This document shows, in pieces, positions 59,873 to 64,000 of a stretch of 64,000 nt of DNA (the stretch's first letter is position 1; each line of letters starts with the position of its first letter). The stretch is from Macrostomum hystrix. Its lineage: Eukaryota; Animalia; Platyhelminthes. The position numbers and the translations under genes are program-made. Location: NCBI GenBank assembly GCA_950097015.1, contig CATNEN010000026.1, forward strand, positions 1,054,001 through 1,118,000, written 5' to 3'. The notes below the pieces were generated by a model that made no database searches, was not told the origin of the DNA, and was given only the letters and a program-made list of their open reading frames with translations.

Positions 59873-62800
59873 TCAGCACACAGGGGATGCGCTAAAAGAC
59901 GACCAGAGTAAAATCAATGTAGAAATAGGTGGCTTTGAATCGACTTCAACTGGAGTAACTGGGCATGATATTGCTGCTTCTTAACTAGCCAATTATGGTA
60001 GCTAGGTTTAGACAGCGTCATTTTTTTCTAATCCGGGAATAAAATCAATCGAACTACAGAAATACAAGCAAGCAGCTGACTAAGCTATTCAGCAAAACTG
60101 TTTGCGTTTTATATATTACATCCAGTGTCGCTATAGGTAGTATATAGCTAATTGGCAATCGATTAAATAGCTATGTGCAGTCTCTAGGGGCGCAGCTTTA
60201 GAAAATAGTTGTCCGAATCTTCATTGCAGAAGTGGCGCTTTATCTGATTGGCTAGCCAACCAACAAGTTATTATCGATTCTGGCCGTTCGGGTGCAGATT
60301 ATGCAATAGGTGCCTCAGATTGCCAAGCTTCTCCTGTAGGCCGCCCAGCGTTTCTACAATGCCGCCAAGCCTGTGGTTTAAATGCTGCACTTCTGATTGG
60401 CTGCGGGAAGTTGGCGAGGGTAGATGATATTTTAGTCCACGCTAGTTTTTTATTGGCTCGGACGCTTCATTGAGAATTTCGGGCGCATCCTGGTCTCTGA
60501 TTGGCTAGGGGTCCTAGCACAGAGGTGGTAGAAATTCGGACGCATCCTGAACTCCCATTGGCTACGGGTCAAGTGTAGAGGGGTAGACATTTTGGTGCAT
60601 CCTAAAGTCTGATTCGCTACGAATCCTAGTGAAGAGGGGTAGAAATTTCGCGCGTCAACATTGTGAATTTACAAGCAAAGAGAACAAAGAAAAGTAGCAT
60701 TGCCACTAACCCGTGACCGGATCGCATGGAAATAATCAACAGCAATTGTTGTTGCAACGAATTCAATCTGTAGCTAAGGTAAACAATGACAATGGCGCAA
60801 AGGAGGACACTGAAATTATGAAACACAAGTTCTGTCTGACATATTTGGAGTACACAGTGTAAAGTTCTGGACTTATTTATTAAACCACTGTAAAAAATGC
60901 AAGTCCTTACAGGCAGGCAATGACTGTCAAGGCGTGCCTGTTTGGCAGCCTGTCCCAGTCATTCAGGAAGGATCGCCAGACGCTGCTGTTACCGGACCGT
61001 TGAGCATGCCTGCTGGCGGCTGCGACTGGCATTTGCTGCTCAGCGACTGTTGAAAGTTTCGAGTAAAATTGCAAAACATTTTTGTTATAATTATTAAAGT
61101 AAGATATCATGCGTCATTAAAATAAATAAATTGCAGTCCAACTTACAGGCACTGCCATTAGCATCGCATCCCATTGTGGAAGACTCCTCGCCGCCGCTAG
61201 CCGCATCGTCCGACGGTCCGGATACCGACGTGGAGTCAGCCGAAGCCGAGCTTGGAAGGGCGGTCAATGCCGCCGCAGTAACGGAATTCGACACCGATGG
61301 AGCCACCAGGATGCCGCTGTCTTCGTCATTTAACACGGATGCTTCTCGACTGCTCGCTTGCCCGTTATCCTGGAGGGAACCGGTTTGAATGGATGGGTGA
61401 ACAGTGGAGCCAGGTTGTGGATGGGTGAATGGTGGAGCCAGGTTGTGGATGGGTGAATAGTGGAGCCAGGTTGTGGATGGGTGAATAGTGGAGCCAGGTT
61501 GTGGATGGGTGAATGGTAGAGCCAGGTTGTGGATGGGTGAACAGTGGAGCCAGGTTGTGGATGGGTGAATGGTGGAGCCAGGTTGTGGATGGGTGAACAG
61601 TGGAGCCAGGTTGTGGATGGGTGAATGGTGAAGCTAGGTTGTGGATGGGTCAACAGTGGAGCCAGGTTGTGGATGGGTGAATGGTGAAGCTAGGTTGTGG
61701 ATGGGTCAACAGTGGAGCCAGGTTGTGGATGGGTGAATGGTGAAGCTAGGTTGTGGATGGGTCAACAGTGGAGCCAGGTTGTGGATGGGTGAATGGTGAA
61801 GCTAGGTTGTGGATGGGTCAACAGTGGAGCCAGGTTGTGGATGGGTGAACAGTGGAGCCAGGTTGTGGATGGGTGAATGGTGAAGCTAGGTTGTGGATGG
61901 GTCAACAGTGGAGCCAGGTTGTGGATGGGTGAATGGTGAAGCTAGGTTGTGGATGGGTCAACAGTGGAGCCAGGTTGTGGATGGGTGAACAGTGGAGCCA
62001 GGTTGTGGATGGGTGAATGGTGGAGCCAGGTTGTGGATGGGTGAATAGTGGAGCCAGGTTGTGGATGGGTGAATGGTGGAGCCAGGTTGTGGATGGGTGA
62101 ATGGTGGAGCCAGGTTGTGGATGGGTGAATAGTGGAGCCAGGTTGTGGATGGGTGAATGGTGAAGCCAGGTTGTGGATGGGTGAACAGTGGAGCCAGGTT
62201 GTGGATGGGTGAATGGTGGAGCCAGGTTGTGGATGGGTGAACAGTGGAGCCAGGTTGTGGATGGGTGAACAGTGGAGCCAGGTTGTGGATGGGTGAACAG
62301 TGGAGCCAGGTTGTGGATGGGTGAATGGTGGAGCCAGGTTGTGGATGGGTGAATGGTGGAGGCATGTTGCAGTTTAGCTAGCTATTGGATGCCCTTTTCG
62401 TGTCACTGGTCTGAAAAATAAAAGCAACTCACTGACCAGTCAAACACTGGGTAAGCACAAACAGCAAGTCAGAGTCATCCAGTGCTCAAATATAACTTCA
62501 CTGCACATACTTTTTTGTGGCCTTGTACCACTAAACTTTAGAGTAAGTAGAGAGAGAAAGCACAAAACCAAACAGCAGACACTTCAATGAGCAAGGCTGA
62601 AGGGCAAAGGTTGGAGTTCAGTACTCAGTCTTGAGGCATACATCTGTGACTGAAGCTAGATTGCTAACCTGTTAACAGTCGATAAAACAACCTTAAAGAA
62701 CGATATTACAAGCCCAGAGTTAGATAGCTAGCGACATTGGCACACTCGGTTGACTGCTTTTCCAATTGATAATTAGATTTCCCACCCTCCCTCGGTGCCC

Positions 62801-63552
62801 AGTTACCCAAAACCAACTGCTTTAAACCTGATCGGACTCCGATAAATTTGTTTTTTTCGCCCTAGCATAGGGGAAAATGGTGCGACAGCGAGGTGGGGCT
62901 GTAATAGTGCACGGTAAGTGTGTAGCTATAGGGAAGATTGGAATTGTATTACTTGGCTGGAGAGGAATGAACTGGCCAAGTATGACTGTTTAAGCTATGA
63001 GGATATAGACTTTTCAGTCAGCCCGCCCACACAGTGGCGGACAGCGTATACCCTAGCTAACAGTATTTTTCAAGCAAGGGATTTCGTCGGAGAAGTTGAG
63101 TAGAGAATTTTTTCAATCGCGGGCATTTCAGTTGCTTTCAGTTCTCTTTTCTTTCCTGTGTGAAATTTTAGGCAAAATTTTTCATTCAAAACAGCAACTT
63201 GAACAGAAACCCAATCTTCACTTCCTGATTGCTAAGACTCCGAGAATGCTTTAAACAACAGAGGCTTAATAACGAACCAGTTGGGACAGGATTCTAGATT
63301 AAATATTTCCCAAATCGATTCCGCAGTATCTATAGAGCGCAAAAATTGATAACTCTGATTTCCTTACCATTTGGCCCTCGTCGATGCTGGAGCCGCGAAC
63401 AGACGAGCAGAAGTCATCGTCTACTTCCGAATAGCTCTCCCAGTGATTGCGCAAAAACTGGATGAGCTTGTCCCGCGAGGTGACGTAAGAGAACACAGTC
63501 TGCGAAGGTAGTGGTGATACGGCCAAACTCTTTAGAATGTAGCCATTCAAAT
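59873..63552 (-). CDS. 3' part of a GRAMD2-like gene (end of GRAM domain, disordered linker, TM, coiled coil). Exons 63552-63368, 61369-61147, 61046-60911, 60809-60711, and tentatively 59891-59873
   Basis: Phase-compatible GT-AG chain. VFSYVTSRDKLIQFLRNHW resembles the end of a GRAM domain. TM ALTVIACLVLLCAIVIVYLSY is followed by RLNSLQQQL (compare YRINTLEEQL, as recalled for GRAMD2B). Confidence 0.6.
61386..62362. repeat. Intronic 28 bp minisatellite (ggatgggtgaacagtggagccaggttgt)
   Basis: Read directly. Confidence 0.95.
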
Positions 63553-63599
63553 CTTAAAGAACAGAGGGCTGAGTGGGAACAAGATAGGGGATGCAGCGA

Positions 63600-64000
63600 A
63601 TAGAGGAAAGAATGGAGAGGGTAAGGGGGAAGGGAAAAGAGGAAAGAGTGGGGAATGGAAAGATAGGAAGAGGGGATAGATGAGAAGAAGGAAAAGAGGG
63701 GAAGAGGGGGAGATTGGAAGAAGGGAAATAGGGGAAGAGGGGGAGATTGGAAGAAGGGAAATAGGGGAAGAGGGGGAAGATGGGAAGAAGGGAAATAGGG
63801 GAAGAGGGGGAAGATGGGAAGAAGGGAAATAGGGGAAGAGGGGGAAGATGGGAAGAAGGGAAATAGGGGAAGAGGGGGGAGATGGGAAGACGGGAAATAG
63901 GGGTAGAGGGGGGAAATATGAAGAAGGGAAACCGGGGTAGACGGGACAGATAGGAAAAAGGGAAAGAGGGGAGAGATGAGAAGAAGGGAAGAAAGGAAGA
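63600..64000. repeat. Purine-rich (GA) degenerate repeat
   Basis: Read directly. Confidence 0.85.

Noticed and set aside
62918-63103. Protein-like 61 aa plus-strand ORF
   Set aside because: No ATG start or domain; lies antisense within the GRAMD2-like intron.

Overview
Eukaryotic (invertebrate animal) genomic DNA, rich in minisatellites. The composition is reminiscent of a free-living flatworm such as Macrostomum, but that is a guess. The main feature is a complete but partly decayed 16.8 kb Polinton/Maverick (adintovirus-like) element at 5423-22213 with AGTAGT...ACTACT termini and 610/858 bp TIRs. Its core genes are integrase-chromodomain, penton, basic core protein, hexon, adenain protease, packaging ATPase and protein-primed PolB. 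It also carries an unusual accessory set: a divergent TATA-binding-protein homolog, a tandem PC4/Sub1-like protein, a DEDD-like exonuclease and a Cys/His-rich acidic ORF. Together these suggest an element-encoded basal-transcription/ssDNA-binding module. The element has no target-site duplication. It sits at the end of a block (1-5408) that recurs at 40113-42666, with templated micro-insertions at the junction. The rest of the window holds four spliced host genes (CUB/CTLD-like/mucin-stalk surface protein, 7-EC protocadherin, calmodulin-like, GRAMD2-like), transposon remnants (two LINE fragments, solo LTR, Tc1-like, SINE, BEL/Pao, hAT MITE) and many tandem arrays. All calls were made by eye, without database searches.
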